Origin: Octopus sinensis
Taxonomy: Eukaryota
DNA length: 64,000 bases
Assembly (NCBI RefSeq): GCF_006345805.1
Contig: NW_021834788.1
Location: 7,739-71,738, forward strand
Direction: 5' to 3'
In this document: one piece after another, positions 1-14,968 of the stretch
Numbering within the stretch: position 1 is the stretch's first letter
Layout of the letters: every line of letters starts with the position of its first letter
Notes under the pieces: model-generated
The model's database searches: none
What the model was told of the DNA's origin: nothing
What the model saw: only the letters and a program-made list of their open reading frames with translations
Translations under genes and position numbers: made by a program

Positions 1-59
1 AGTAATTTTTCATAATGGCTTTATGGAGATATTGTTATAAATCGCTTTATATATATATA

Positions 60-119
<60 letters not shown>

Positions 120-1292
120 TATATATATATATATGTAGAGAGAGAGAGAAGAGGAGAGAGAGAGCATAGCATAATTAAGTATACATGAAACAGGTACATC
201 GTGTATAACTCTAAAGATATATATTGAAAGTCACAGCCGTCGAGACTGAGATGATGTGAAAACATCGTATCAATCGGAAACACTCTTGGGTATAAGTTTC
301 AGGATTATTGCTCCTCATCAGACAGAAGAAGTATCGTCTACTCAGAGGAATTTTGAATCGAAATAGCTGTATACTTTCAAACACACACACACACACACAC
401 GGATGCATACACATGCACACATGCACATTCATACATATATGTGTGCACCAGTGCGTGCGTACGTCTTCGCGTGTGTAGGAGTATATGCACACACAGACAC
501 ACACACACACACACATACACATACACAGCTATATGTGAAAGAGAACATGTGGAAGAAACTATAAAGTGAAGATTTGACAATGGAAATAATAGAAATCTGT
601 AGAAAACAAACAGAAATCAAAATTTCGACTGACTTATCAGTTTTGTGATTTCAGAAAAATTATGAACTTATCGATTTTTGGGGGAAAAGTAAGATAATGA
701 AAACAAGAACATAAAAATCCATCGACCATCTTAACATTATGTTTCTACCGAAGGCACTCTTTAATAGTTTCTATTCATCTTTTATACTTTCTTCTCTCTC
801 TCTCCCGCCTCCTGTATTTCATTCACTTTGCCTCCAAGACCATGTGTGCCTCTCTGTGTGTGTGTCTAAGTGTGTGTGCGCGCGTGTTTGTGTGTGTATA
901 GTGTGTACATAATACATATATATATACACATATATAAACCCGCGTTTAAGTATGCATGTTTGATAAGACCTCTGTGTCTCTTAATATCTCTCTATCTCTC
1001 TTACTCTTTACCTCCCTCTATTCTTTTTTGCCTTTCTTTTATTTTGCCTCCTACTGTCTAAATCTCTTCCTCTTTATGCATATGTGAATGTATATGTGTA
1101 TATATTTATATACGTATTTATATATGCTTATATACATGATTGTGCATATACAGTTCTTATTGCATCTACTTCCTTTCTATTTCTATCTCTCTTTGTACTT
1201 TGTTTCCCTCTCTTTCTGTCTGTAGGTCTTCGCCTGCATGCTCTTTTATGTATATACACATATATGCTCGTTTTTATTTGTGTGCATATATA

Positions 1293-1334
<42 letters not shown>

Positions 1335-1355
1335 CTCCTACCTCACTACTTCTCT

Positions 1356-1391
<36 letters not shown>

Positions 1392-1563
1392 CCCTCTCTC
1401 TCTCTCTAAGTATACCTGCCTATTTCATTTCATACCCTCTCTTTACATATCTCTCTATTTTTGCGTTTTATGAATGTATGCATATATGTATGTAAACATA
1501 TATACATATATGTGTGTCTGAATGTATGCATATATATATATACATATATATATATAGATATAT

Positions 1564-1597
<34 letters not shown>

Positions 1598-2143
1598 GTA
1601 TATATGTATATATATATGTATGTATGTATGTATGTATATATGTATATATGTATATATATATGTATATATATATATATGTATGTATATATGTGTAAATGCA
1701 TTATGAGTATTTAGCTCCCCCTCCCTCTCTCTCTCAACTTTTCTCTCTCCCTCTTTCTCTCTCTTTATGTCTCTCTCAATATATATTTATCTACGCATAT
1801 ATTCCTTTCTTTCTCCCAACGTTCGCTATATTTCATTCTATTTCTGCTTCCTATTCTTTCTGTTCTCACTTCCTGTCTTTCTCTTTTTCATAATTTTTCT
1901 TCATTCCATCATTTTTACCATTTTTATTTTTTTTTTATTTCAATTTCTTCTTAGGAGGCATTTTCTTCAAGACAACCTGCTAATACAACCTCTGATTTCC
2001 ATTTATTTCTCGAGGAAATCTTCTCTCCACCTCCAACCACGGTCTTTCACCATCTGCGTCTCCGGCTGTCTTTCATCACTCTCCCTCATTTTCAACCTCT
2101 CTTTGTCTCTTATTCTCTGTCTATGTGTCTGTCTGTCTCTCAG

Positions 2144-2222
<79 letters not shown>

Positions 2223-3066
2223 GTCATAATTTTTTTCGTGAATTCTTTATGCCATTCTGTCTGTCTCTCTCTTTATTTTTCTCTTGGCTTCTTTCATTTC
2301 TTTTCCATCATTCTTTTTGTGTCTTTCTAGCATTTACGTTTTTTTTTTCCTTTCCCGCTCTTTGTTTAATTCTTTGTTTCATTTTCTCTTATTTCATTCA
2401 TTTGTTTCCAAAATATTTTTTCTGGTGTTATTATTCGTTGTTCATACCTTGTTTATTTCTCTTTCTCCTAAATCTCTTTATAACGATTTCTTCTAATTCA
2501 TTGTAAACTATTTATTTTTTTTCTCTTTGGTCTTCTCATTTTTCTTTTTGCTTATCTACATCTTTTTACTTTTGCTTATCCCTGCATTTCTGTATGATTC
2601 TGTTGCTATTAATATGTTTGTTTACTTTATACATTTGTTGTTGTATTCTTTCCTTTTTTGTTCCAGATTTACCTCGTAATTTCTCATCTGTATAATATTT
2701 GCTACTTTATTTACTTTATATTTATTATTCCTTAATCCAATTTTATTGCTTTTCTGGACTGATTCGATCTCAATTGTCTTAAATTTTAGTTGTTAGTTTT
2801 CTCTAATTTCCTTCGAGCAACATTTTCCTCATTACTTCAAAGAAAGCGAACATTAGAAACGCTGAACAGTATTTCTATAGCTCTCTCTTTCTCTCTGTCT
2901 CTCCCTCTCTCTTTTTGTATATATGTGTGTGTGTGTGTGTGTGTGTATGCGTTTGTGAACACGTGTATATTTATTTATATATGTATGCGTATGCATATAA
3001 CTCTGTATCTCGAGCTCTCTCGCTCTCTCTCTCTCTTTGTGAGTGTGTATCTGTGCCTGTTGTGTG

Positions 3067-3119
<53 letters not shown>

Positions 3120-3480
3120 TGTGTGTTGTGTGTGTGTGCGGGCGTATGCTTCGATGCATTAAATGGAGAAAAAGTATTCAATACTTGTAGTAGAATTTAC
3201 TCGTTCGAAACTAATGATTCTTAGGATTGCTAGAACTCTCTGGATTGCCAGAACAACAAGTCTGGCTCTTTGTGGGCTGCCAGGCAACAAGATCCATGTG
3301 TGTATGCTTGTGTGTATGCGCGCACAGATACACACACTTATATATTCATATATAGACAGGCAATCGCACATACACATATTAGCACAAAAATTCGTACGAT
3401 ATAAAACGGCTGACTTTGTACATTACGTCTTCGTTTACAAATATACCGATTCAGAATTCTTAAGCATATTGCTCTTTTGC

Positions 3481-3889
3481 TCTTTTATTTGTTTCAGTCA
3501 TTTGACTGCGGTCATGCTGGAGCACCTCATTTTGTCGAGCAAATCGACCCCGGGATTTATTCTTTGTAAGCCTAGTACTTATTCTATCGGTCACTTTTGC
3601 CGAACCACTAAGTTACGGGGATGTAAACACACCAGTATCGAGTGTCAAGCGATGTTGGGGGGACAAACACAAACACACACACACACGCACACACATACAT
3701 ACACACACACATACATACATATATACATATATACGATGGGCTTCTTTCAGTTTCCGTCTACCAGATGCACTCACAAGGGTTTGGTCGGCCCAAGGCTATA
3801 GTAGAACACACTTGCCCAAAGTGCCACGCAGTGGGACTGAACCCGGAACCATGTGGTTGGTAAGCAAGCTACTTACCACACAGCCACTC
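3481..3889 (-). mobile_element. tRNA-derived SINE, family A
   Basis: Reverse complement of the family A copies at 28021, 46668 and 50803 (head GGCGCAGGAGTGGCTGTGTGGTAAG...GGTTCAGTCCC, internal CA/TA microsatellite, tail CAGTCAAATGACTGAAAC). Confidence 0.85.
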
Positions 3890-4909
3890 ACATTAGGCCC
3901 AAGAATTTAAAGCCTTTCTTAAGGCTTATAGTTGAGTTCTATTTAACCACTCCGTTCAAATCCATTGCAAAATGTCACTGTGGATTATAATACTAAATAT
4001 CGGGTCCGAAATTCAAAATGTGTCTACACCCTATAATTCGTATCAGATAAGTCGATTGGTAAAAATGCCAGATATTTACTAGAAATAAATAGTTGGAATC
4101 TCATGTTCCACCAATTCTTTTTTCTATTGATTTCTTAAGATAATTTAAAGTAGTTATTTAAAATAACTCTTCCATAATTTTTTGCGCAAACCGGTAACAA
4201 TGGACACATGTTTCGGTTTGTCTGACTTCGTCAGTGACGTTAATCGAGATTGCAGATGAGTGGATAAATCTTTACAAATACAATGCTGCTGCATACACGA
4301 CTGGTCAAAATAATTTGAAGAATGAAAAAAACTTCTGGGAAATAATTTCAAAAGCTAGTGGCATAAATTTGGATAAATATCTGGAAGGGTGGATGTCGTA
4401 TGTAATAAATACCCAGTTCTTGATAATCAGAATTAATTTCTAAAAGGAATTTATTTTTTCAACTAAGATTGTTCTGTCATTTCTCTTAATATTTATATTA
4501 AACTAGGAAATTAATTTCTTGATATTATCTCACGTATTCTTTCAGAGTCGGCAATTGTTACTGATAGGTTTTAGTTTACTTTCTCCCTAAGCAGTAGAAT
4601 TCCATTTCAACCAAATGATATATGTATATATTTTTGCACACACACGCGCGCGCGCATACACACATGTACAACGATAGATATATAAATATATGTATATAGG
4701 TATGTACATGTATATATACGAACTTGCCAAAGTGAATCAGAACCCAAGTAAGACAAAACCAAAGACCACATGGCTGGGAAGCAAACTTCGTACTACACGT
4801 CCACGTATATATATATATATATATAATATACATATATATACACACACCACACATATATATATATATATATAATATATATATATATATGAATATATAGATA
4901 TATATATTC

Positions 4910-4972
<63 letters not shown>

Positions 4973-5104
4973 TATATATATATATATATAATTATATATA
5001 TATATATATAGATATATATATAATATATGAATATAATATATATATAATTATATATATATATATATATACACATATATATATATATATATAGTATATATAT
5101 ATAT

Positions 5105-5157
<53 letters not shown>

Positions 5158-5197
5158 CTACATATTACATATATATATATACATATATATATATAAT

Positions 5198-5243
<46 letters not shown>

Positions 5244-5271
5244 TATATCTATACTATATATATAATCCTAT

Positions 5272-5367
<96 letters not shown>

Positions 5368-5512
5368 CTATATATATATATACATATATATATATATACA
5401 TATATATATATAATAATACATATATTATATATAATATACATATATAATATATATATATATCTATATATATATATACTATATATATATTACATATAGATAT
5501 ATATATATATAC

Positions 5513-5548
<36 letters not shown>

Positions 5549-5605
5549 CATATATATATACATATATATATATATACATATATATATATATTATATAATA
5601 ATATA

Positions 5606-5645
<40 letters not shown>

Positions 5646-5937
5646 CCATATTATATTATATATATATACATATATATATAATATACATATACATATATTA
5701 TAATATACATATATATATATATATATATACTATATCTATATATATATATATAATATATATGAATATATAGATATATAATTAATATATTGTATAACGATTA
5801 TATACATATACACACACTTTTGTACGTATGTATGATTTGGCACGTCGTATATATCCATATTATTCTATTACAGCGAAATATGAGTGTAAAATAAACCTTA
5901 GGAAAGGCTTTAAATTGAAATTTTTGGGCCTAATGTG
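3889..5937. mobile_element. possible non-autonomous DNA transposon bounded by imperfect inverted repeats
   Basis: CACATTAGGCCCAAGAATTTAAAGCCTTTTCTTAAGGCTTA at 3889-3929 is complementary to TAAACCTTAGGAAAGGCTTTAAATTGAAATTTTTGGGCCTAATGTG at 5892-5937; no transposase seen. Confidence 0.4.
4806..5790. repeat. ~1 kb degenerate (TA)n microsatellite
   Basis: Directly visible. Confidence 0.95.
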
Positions 5938-6160
5938 TAAATTTTTGTGTGAAATGCTGATTTTTGCCTATGCATGAAACACAATAGTACAAACTAATAA
6001 AACGGTTCATTTCACTAAATTTTAAAGTGCATTATACGGCATTAATTTTGTCCTTAAGATCACGAAAGATATGAAGCGACGAAGGAATAATTATGGTTGC
6101 GTTATTAAAAAACAATAACTGTATGAAATAAGCTGACAATGATTATGATCACACCACGGC

Positions 6161-6286
6161 GATAATGACGATGACGACGATGACGATGACGACAATGATG
6201 ACGATGGCGATGATGACGACGATGATGATGATGACGATGATGATGACGATGATGATGATGACGACGATGATGATGATGACGACGAC

Positions 6287-6354
<68 letters not shown>

Positions 6355-6400
6355 CGATGATGATGATGATGATGATGATGATGACGATGATGATGATAAT
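6161..6400. repeat. (GAT/GAC)n trinucleotide repeat
   Basis: Directly visible; source of the poly-Ser/His/Met ORFs. Confidence 0.95.
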
Positions 6401-8968
6401 GGGGCATAAGAGGAGCTCGAGTAAGGCAACGTTCATGACTATGACTGCAATAATGTAATAAAAATTATGAATACAATAAGTGTTTAAATATGCATCAAAG
6501 AAAAAGCCATTTTCTATGCATATATGCATTCATACGCACATACGATGTATGTATGTACGTATGTATATATATATATATTTCAGTGAAGCATCTACTACAG
6601 AAATTAGTAGAACTCTAGTTCGTGGGAAATCAGAACTTATGCGTTTCTTTTTATAGGATGAGAAACCAGTTCTGCATATTTCTCTTCCAACAAACTGAAG
6701 ATATTTCTCGTTCGTTATTACATTATATTACTCGTATGAGTCTCAGCAACTAATTTTTGTGTATCTGTTTAATCAGTGTGATTTACAATGATAAGTATTC
6801 AATCACGTCGTGGTCATCCGATCTTTCTTGTGGTCTCTTTGACTTCACAGTAGAATGTGCTTGTCACTTCTCAAACATCGGGATGTAATGAAGGATATTT
6901 GTTTGCTATGAGTTGTAGAGCAAGTGACTGCTTATTGGCTTCATGCTTTGATTCTCAAGTCCTTGTTGTACTGTTGATAATAGAGAAGATATGGTAGTGT
7001 ATACTACACACGCATACACACACACACGCGCACATACACATACACACACCCACACACATATATACACACACAAATATATATGGAGTTAAAATTTACAGAA
7101 AACAAAAGACGAAGGCGAAGACAACAAGCAGGCGTTTTCGTAGGGATTAACGGTTTAACATGATGCAATGATGAAATACGTGCACACACACACACACACA
7201 CGCACGCACACACACATACACACATATGTGTATATAGCAATGCTCTGGACTCTACTCACCTGAACAGGTTCAGGTACACAGTTATTGTTGGATCATATCA
7301 ATGCACTAATGTGTATAACGAATAAAATTCAGCAATTACCAGCTGATAATGTTGCGCAGAAACAATTGTAGAGATTTGGAATAAAGCTTGTTCATTCTAT
7401 GTTCCAGAATTAAAATTCTTTGTGCTTCGCTGTTGTCCAAGTATTTCAAAGATGGCCTCTTCTACCAAAACAGAAGTTCTCCGCGAGAAGTCTGAACCAG
7501 TTTTTCTGCTACACGTTCGTTGAAAGTTCCTGGGCCTTCCACATCATTAATTTTTTTTTGTTACTGCTCTTGCCCCCCAATTCTGTTTTCCACGGGTAGC
7601 TGTAAAATAAAGTACAATCAATTGATGTTTATATATTATATATTAAAATAGTGTATAAACAGTTCTGCAACGATTGAATAACAAATTGTATCGAATTAAT
7701 GACATAACGTATAAATGCAAGTTGCCAAATAACGTCAGTGAAACTCCGAAAAAAATTGTGTCACACACTGGTAGCATAACATACAAGCATATGTGCTATG
7801 AAATATTGATATACATTATATGTAATGTCTTTTAAAATGTATGGTGATTTACAATACGACGTAATTGTAATGTGATGTTAGGATATAAATAAGATATCAT
7901 ATTGTATAACATAGTACAATAATTAATGATATGATGATATTGTATATGGCTGTATATAATATATGATAGTACATATTATATGATAAAATATTATACTATA
8001 TGATGAAAGAAAACCATAAGATATAACAACGATTCTTGGGGTAAAAGATTATCAATTATTAAAAGATTATCAATTGAGATTATCAATCAAAATTCCATAT
8101 CTTGAACCCCACCACCAGCCAAGCTTTGTCCAAGTCAATTTCCCACTCAATGTCCAGTATTTAAAACAAGCTTTTATAAATCGTCACCATTCATTCTGTA
8201 AAGTCGAGCAAAATACGAAACCCAATAATTAATCATGAGTACATTCGTCGTTTAAGAACTCTACATGCACCTAAGATGTTGTTTCAATGTTATCCGTTGT
8301 GTATATTTGATAAGTATGTGTAGAACCATCAAAATGTGTTTAGAATTTAGAATTTACTTCAGTAATTTGACAAGAAAGACTTGAGCACTGTGTATAATTA
8401 CAATTCAAAACGTGCAATTTAGGAGAAAGAGAGAGAGAGAGAGAGAGAGGAAGGGGGATAGGGAGAGAAGCCGACAGGAAGAAAGCGATAGAAGAGAAAG
8501 AGAAATTGAATGAGCACTTAGCCTTGTAGTAAAAAAACAGCAACAAATATTTATGATATTATCACTAATGAATGGCAAAGATACGATCAGGTGGTATATA
8601 TAATTTGATTGTCAGAGTCATGTGTATATGTTCGATTATAAATTAACAAAGACATTACTGCTAGTTACATGGAAGATACAACGAAACAATTAACGAAAAG
8701 TTAGTGTGTAAATCAAATAAATCAAAAGATAAAGAACAACTCGGATATGTGTACGTAAAGCAGAAGATGGATAATTTGATAAGAGCTAACAGTTAACACT
8801 ACCGAAACTGAAGAGCAACTTATGCACCGTTTTCAATGTTGCAGCCTTTGCTGATGTTGAAATTTAAATTCTCAATTCAACCTTCGAAATCCTCTAATTA
8901 CAGTGTACACGCATTCATAAAAAAATAAAATAGCAGTAATAGTGATGACGATGATGATGATGATAATA

Positions 8969-9013
<45 letters not shown>

Positions 9014-9066
9014 GTAATTATAATAATAATGATGATGATTGATAACAATAATAATAATAATCATCA

Positions 9067-9270
9067 CAAATACATAACAAAAATATCAGGACTTACAAAC
9101 ACATAAAACATACAAAAAATTGCACTACTGGGCACTGCCCACATCCTACGCAAAATATTTTCAATACAGTAACCATCAGAGCATCACAACAAAACACAGC
9201 ACATACCCAAAGCACACGGAGCTGCGCTCGGTAGTGAAGTGAAAGCACGATATAAAAAACCCCCACTGAA
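9067..9270 (+). mobile_element. 3' end of an R4/Dong-like (restriction-like endonuclease) non-LTR retrotransposon within (TAA)n
   Basis: Translates KYITKISGLTNT*NIQKIALLGTAHILRKIFSIQ*, the typical C-terminal motif of the R4 clade, followed by a short 3' UTR; flanked by TAA/TGA repeats. Confidence 0.7.
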
Positions 9271-9364
9271 TGATGATGATGATGATAATAATAATAATAA
9301 TAAGAAGAAGAAGAAGAAGAAGTAGAAGAAGTAGAAGAATATAATATTATTCTAAAGTATCAAT

Positions 9365-9895
9365 TACTTTTGAGTGAGTGCAGTATACTAGCACAAAAGG
9401 GGTATAAGCGCAGACATGACTGTGTGGGCAAAAGATGCATTGGGACTTTAGTCGAGTGTATGGCTTCAAAGCTAGAGGAAAGTGGTATGGACGAGAATGA
9501 CAAGATTTTATGGGATTTTCCTTTTCAAACGGATAAGAAGCGATTTAATTATAAACCAAATATAACAATAGTGGACAAGGAAACAGTGTTGCTAGATAAT
9601 TGATGCATCATGTCTGTTTGATTGCAGGATTGTAAAGAAAGATGAAATATTTAAAAAATTCAATCCGTTCAAGTTTGAAATAGCGAGTATTGGAATATGA
9701 AAACTGTAAGGTTTGTATGTGTAATAATTGGTGCATTGGGAACTCTAAAGATATAGCCAAATTGTTCAAGGAGATGGGAATAGAATGTTCTGTAGAGTGA
9801 TTATCAGAAGGATTTTGAAAGAATATTGAAATCTTTTGGATATCTAAGGATACCGGTAATAAATTGCTACCCACATAAATTCTACCAGAAATAAG
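9365..9895 (+). pseudogene. decayed R4/Dong-like RLE endonuclease domain
   Basis: LSECSILAQKGYKRRHDCVGK...ENDKILWDFPFQTDKK...KPNITIVDK...WNMKTV...VIIGALGT with frameshifts and stops; ends in (TAA)n. Confidence 0.8.
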
Positions 9896-9913
9896 AACAA
9901 TGATAATAATAAA

Positions 9914-9960
<47 letters not shown>

Positions 9961-10019
9961 TAATAATAATAATAATAAATATTATTATTATTATTATTGT
10001 TATTTCAAATTACTTTTTT

Positions 10020-10132
10020 TCCTACAAGGGCAGCTTGTAGAAGGTGGGGAATGAGTCGATTACATCGACCCCAGTGGTCGACTGGTACTTATTTTATCGA
10101 CCCCGAAAGGATGAAAGACGTAGTTGACCCTC
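10020..10132 (-). mobile_element. SINE family C fragment
   Basis: ATCGACCCCAGTG...ACTGGTACTTATTTTATCGACCCCGAAAGGATGAAAG is the reverse complement of the family C body. Confidence 0.7.
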
Positions 10133-11414
10133 GGTTGTGTATTTGTAGTAAAAATTATTGTATGTGGTTAGACGATCTAAAGTCTAAATTTCAAAATATT
10201 GGAATAGGAAATTATTTTGTTTTGTCCTTATTTATCATTGCATATATATATATATATATATATAGTGCCACTGCGTTATCTGACACTTTTGCCGGACCGC
10301 AAAGTTACGGGGACGTAAAAGCATCAACATCTATTGTCAAGCGGTGGTGAGAGGACAAACACAGATACATGAATGTATATACATACATACATACATACAT
10401 ACATACATACATACATACATACATACATACATACATACATACATACATACATACACAAACATACATACATACAGAGAAAGAGAGAGAAAGAAAAATAAAG
10501 AAAGAAGGAAATCATTGAATTTAAGCCACCACACGTAGAGCCATACTGGAATGTTCTTTCAGTTGTTGTTGCTCATTTCTTGTTTCGTAATTTTAAATTC
10601 TATATTATACTAACCTCAAAATATTTTACTAATTATTTTCATTGCTGATTCCTTGTAAGTGCATCAGTGTGTGTTACACGACATCTTCTATTATGAATTA
10701 GCGAGAAAAACAGGAACATCATTGATACCGTTAAAGACAGCCACCAGTTTGGTGTTATATTACATGAGGCAGAGCAATTTGATGTATATAAGAGAAATAT
10801 AAGCAAACTTCTTTTTTTCTTCCAGTGAATTGCTAGAGTTGGGTAGATTGATTAAATGGAAAAATATTTAGCGTAGAGATTAAAGTGCTAGAAGCAGCAA
10901 GGTTGTCAAGCGTAAGAAAGAAAGAAAGATCTTGTGAAACTGTGTACAGGTGGCATCCAACTAGCTATAAGTTCATACAAGTAGATATCTTTATAGCAAC
11001 GAGAGATAGTTGGACAATAGCTGGAGGGATTTCACAGACTGATAGATAGAGACAGATCTATTATTAACGGTTTCAGATGGTTAATCTGATACATGAGCAA
11101 CTACTGCACTTAGATATCTCTCAAAAGCCTCCAGGAAAACTTTGATTTTGTAACTTTTAAAGAAGGTATCTTTAACCTATTTAAAAGTGTTTCTCTTTTC
11201 TTAACGTATATTCTTTCGATGTTTCGCTTCCGTATAGTCTTTTCTTTCGTATATTCTCCCACTGTTTCGTATATTCTTGCTCGTATGCATTTAGCAGTGT
11301 AGACAATACATTTCTAATTTAGGAAATTTTTCGCCTTTTTTTTGCTTTTCCTAAGTCTTATATTGTTAAGTATTAAGGCCTACCTTATTCATTACTTATA
11401 TACTACTTGCTCTA

Positions 11415-11806
11415 GTGGAGGCGCATTGGCCCAGTGGTTAGGGCAGCGGACTCGCGGTCGTAGGATCGCAGTTTCGATTCCCAGACCGGGCGTTGTGAGT
11501 GTTTATTGAGCGAAAACACCTAAAGCTCCACGAGGCTCCGGCAGGGGATGGTGGTGATCCCTGCTGTACTCTTTCACCACAACTTTCTCTCACTCTTACT
11601 TCCTGTTTCTGTTGTACCTGTATTTCAAAGGGCCGGCCTTGTCACTCTCTGTGTCACGCTGAAAATCCCCGAGAACTACGGTAAGGGTACACGTGTCTGT
11701 GGAGTGCTCAGCCACTTACACGTTAATTTCACGAGCAGGCTGTTCCGTTGATCGGATCAACCGGAACCGTCGTCGTCGTAACCGACGGAGTGCTTCCTTT
11801 TTTAAA
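11415..11806 (+). mobile_element. tRNA-derived SINE, family B (full length)
   Basis: Pol III box A TGGCCCAGTGG and box B GTTTCGATTCC; 12-bp TSD ACTACTTGCTCT at 11402-11413 and 11807-11818; nearly identical to the copy at 52473. Confidence 0.9.
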
Positions 11807-13094
11807 ACTACTTGCTCTGATAGTTATTGCTGTTTTATTTTTTTCGTATCTTGAGCCCCGAATCAGCTTTTTAAACAGTAACTGCTGTGGTGTTTTTTCT
11901 CATATATAACAATGACATTATCCAGTGTAATCTTTATTTTTGACGGCAGAGCGCGATATTGGGAAGATTACTTTACTGTTTCTGTCAGATCAAATAACAA
12001 TGTGGAGGTTTCCTCATTAGATTTCTGTTATTTTTGTTTAGCGGTGCGGCCCCACTACGTAATGGTTGTTAGCTGACAATCTATATTATAGCCACGTTTC
12101 GTCCGACATCTTGTGAGTAAAATTGATACGCAGAAATTGAAGAAGCTTGACATTATGTTTGTGAGTGAGTTAGTGAGTGAGTGAGTGAGTGTATATATAC
12201 ATCGTGTGTGTGTATGCAGGCGCGCGGGGGAGATGTGTACGAGGGTGATATCTTCTTGTCATTCTGCGTTCGTTGAGTGGGGATCAAGACGAAAGTCTCG
12301 CTATTAAAGCTGTGTTGAATGTTTGCAGTTAACTACGAAAGCATGTCCGAGCTTCTTGATATGTCCTGACAAAAACAAACAACCAAGCAAACAAATAGCT
12401 CCCTTGCAAACAAAAGAGGTTCGGAATGTCCAAGCCTTTTTGTTCGAAAGAATTATGGATTATTATTATGCTTGGAAGTAAGTAACTGTTGGAGATATGA
12501 AGGACATTGGTCCGTAGAAAATTTGCCTTCACGAATTCAGATCGTCCTATGAAAGCATGGGAACGTAAGCATTAAAACAATATAGTGTTTTCAAAAAGGA
12601 ACAAATTTACCAAAACGTACACAGTTGAAAGTGAAAATATCCTATGAATGTATAACTTTACAAACGGTAGAAAATAGTGGTTTTCGTCTACAAAGGGAAA
12701 TTTGTTCTATGAACATATCGCTTAGTAACATCATTTAATTGTGACATTATCCGTTATTAATTTAGAAAATTCAACATTGGTGGTATAACGTACATTCATA
12801 AGCTTAAGTTGTGATAAAGTTGTCAGACAGTTGCTAATTGTCGGCAGTACATTTCTATTGCACGAACGCAAATGCCAGAGCTTGAGAATATACATTCAAG
12901 GCCTTTCCACGCATAATACCACTGGGATACGCGCACGAAGTTCCAGATCTTTTATAGGGTCGCCGTTCAGACCCATACGCACACACACAAATACACACAC
13001 AGACACACACACACATACATATATATATATACACATACATATATATATGTATGTATATGCATATGTATGTATGTAGGTATATATATTTTTATAC

Positions 13095-13240
13095 GCCGGG
13101 TTTCTTTCAGTTACTGTTTACCAAATCCACTCACATAGCTTTAGTTGACGAGCTATAGTAAAAGACACTTCCTGAAGCTGCCCCACGGTGGGACTGAACT
13201 GAATCCCAAACCCTATGGCTTGGAAGCAATCTTCTTACGA
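13095..13240 (-). mobile_element. SINE family A, diverged 5' part
   Basis: TTCTTTCAGTT...TACCAAATCCACTCACA...GTGGGACTGAAC matches family A. Confidence 0.7.
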
Positions 13241-13702
13241 AACCTAGTCTTTGAGATTAAATTAATCTGTTGCTTAAAATTAAAAGTTCATTACCAACAT
13301 CAGTTGCATACATGTATTTCTGAAGACCCTTAAAGTTTCACTCGTGTATTGCTAAAGCCTGTTACATTCTATCTACTTATTAATTTCTTAATTGCCTCAA
13401 TTATTTGTTGTATAGGAAAAAAAGATCATTTCATTATATTTTTCAAACACTAACTGTCGTTCCTAAACAACCCTACTTCCTTACATTGATGACTATATCA
13501 AGTATGAGAACTTTGTGAATTCTCTCTTAAAAGTTTTTTGAACGATGGCGTATTTGCCACAAAATACTTTTCAAGCAGTTGGCAGTTTTATGATTTATTT
13601 TACACGTTCAAAAGTATGACGGCTATGTAGATGCAATCTCTTAAATATTTAATGGTGAGTAAAAATCTCTGGGACATATTGATTGAAAGTTTATTATTAT
13701 TA

Positions 13703-13764
<62 letters not shown>

Positions 13765-14926
13765 GCCACACATTATAATTACGAAAGGATAAGTGGAACA
13801 AATTTAATTTTAGTAGTAACTCTATATCGAATATTTTATCAATTATTCCCGCAGTGTTTATTCGCAAGTCCTATCGATTCTCATTTGGGTTAGTTTGGAA
13901 TCTGATAGTCTGTGGTAATTAAGTTGAAAAGTTTAAAAGCGAAAGGCTGTGAAACAGGATATCCCAATCGCCCAATACTAATCTCTTATAATAATCGCTT
14001 ACAATCAAAATATTTAATTTATTAAAACCCTTATCCTATTAACAGCTATTCGATCGAAAGTAATGAAAATAATTTATTGTATGAAGAAAACAAAAAAAAA
14101 AATATCGCAAAACCCCTCAAACATCTCAATGTCGGCATTCAAAAAAATACGTGATCATGGAAGTCAGAAGTCACAATTTTCGTCAATTGCTTTATTTAAT
14201 AAATAATGATTAAGTACTTACTACGCCATCGCAAGAAAGAAAGCAAACGCATATATTATGCGTTGGTTTAAATAAGTGTAAGTTTTAAGCACGTGCATTT
14301 TAGGTGAATATTTTCCCACCTCGTATTTATATATCTGCAGTTTTTTTTCTATTTGGATATGTGCTTCATTATATTGGTTTGGGAGTTATTCATCATAATT
14401 GTATACAGGGTAATGTAATATAAGTTATGATGGTTTGGTGATTCTAGCTTAATGTGGTTTATTTGTGGTGCAACAGAATTTATTGATACAATATTTGAAT
14501 TGAGACTGCTACATAAAAAAAAATAAGTGAGCAACAACTTCAAGATTATAGATTTTTACTATATTAATAAGATAAATGACAGCTTTCTTTATCTCTCCCG
14601 TCTTCTGAATCTTCACCTCTCTCTTTCTCTACACACACATATATATGCATAAGCGTGTGTCTTCCCACACATATACATATATGTATACAAGTATATACGT
14701 ATTGTATTTATAAGAGTTGCCTGTGACTTTAAGTTATTTCTCTCGAGGCTTTATCAAACAGTTAAGAGAAGCGAATCTTCAAGTCACAGTAAAATCCTGT
14801 GTGCAGTAAATTTGTCTGTAATTTGTCAGCATTGAAGCCGCCTGAATCCTTTTATCTGTTAATGACTGTTATTTGTCACTTAATTCCCATCAAGATGTAT
14901 TTTCAGATACACACACACACACACAC

Positions 14927-14968
<42 letters not shown>

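Noticed and set aside
288-325. Minus-strand CTGATGA-GGA...TCCT-GAAAC hammerhead-like core
   Set aside because: No valid NUH site with pairing stems III and I could be built.
3163-3801. 212-aa ORF
   Set aside because: Runs through an antisense SINE and CA/TA microsatellites; no recognisable domain.
11415-11492. tRNA gene-like sequence (also at 52473 and 57977)
   Set aside because: It is the SINE head: it continues into a SINE body, the family B copies have TSDs, and there is no proper cloverleaf end or terminator.
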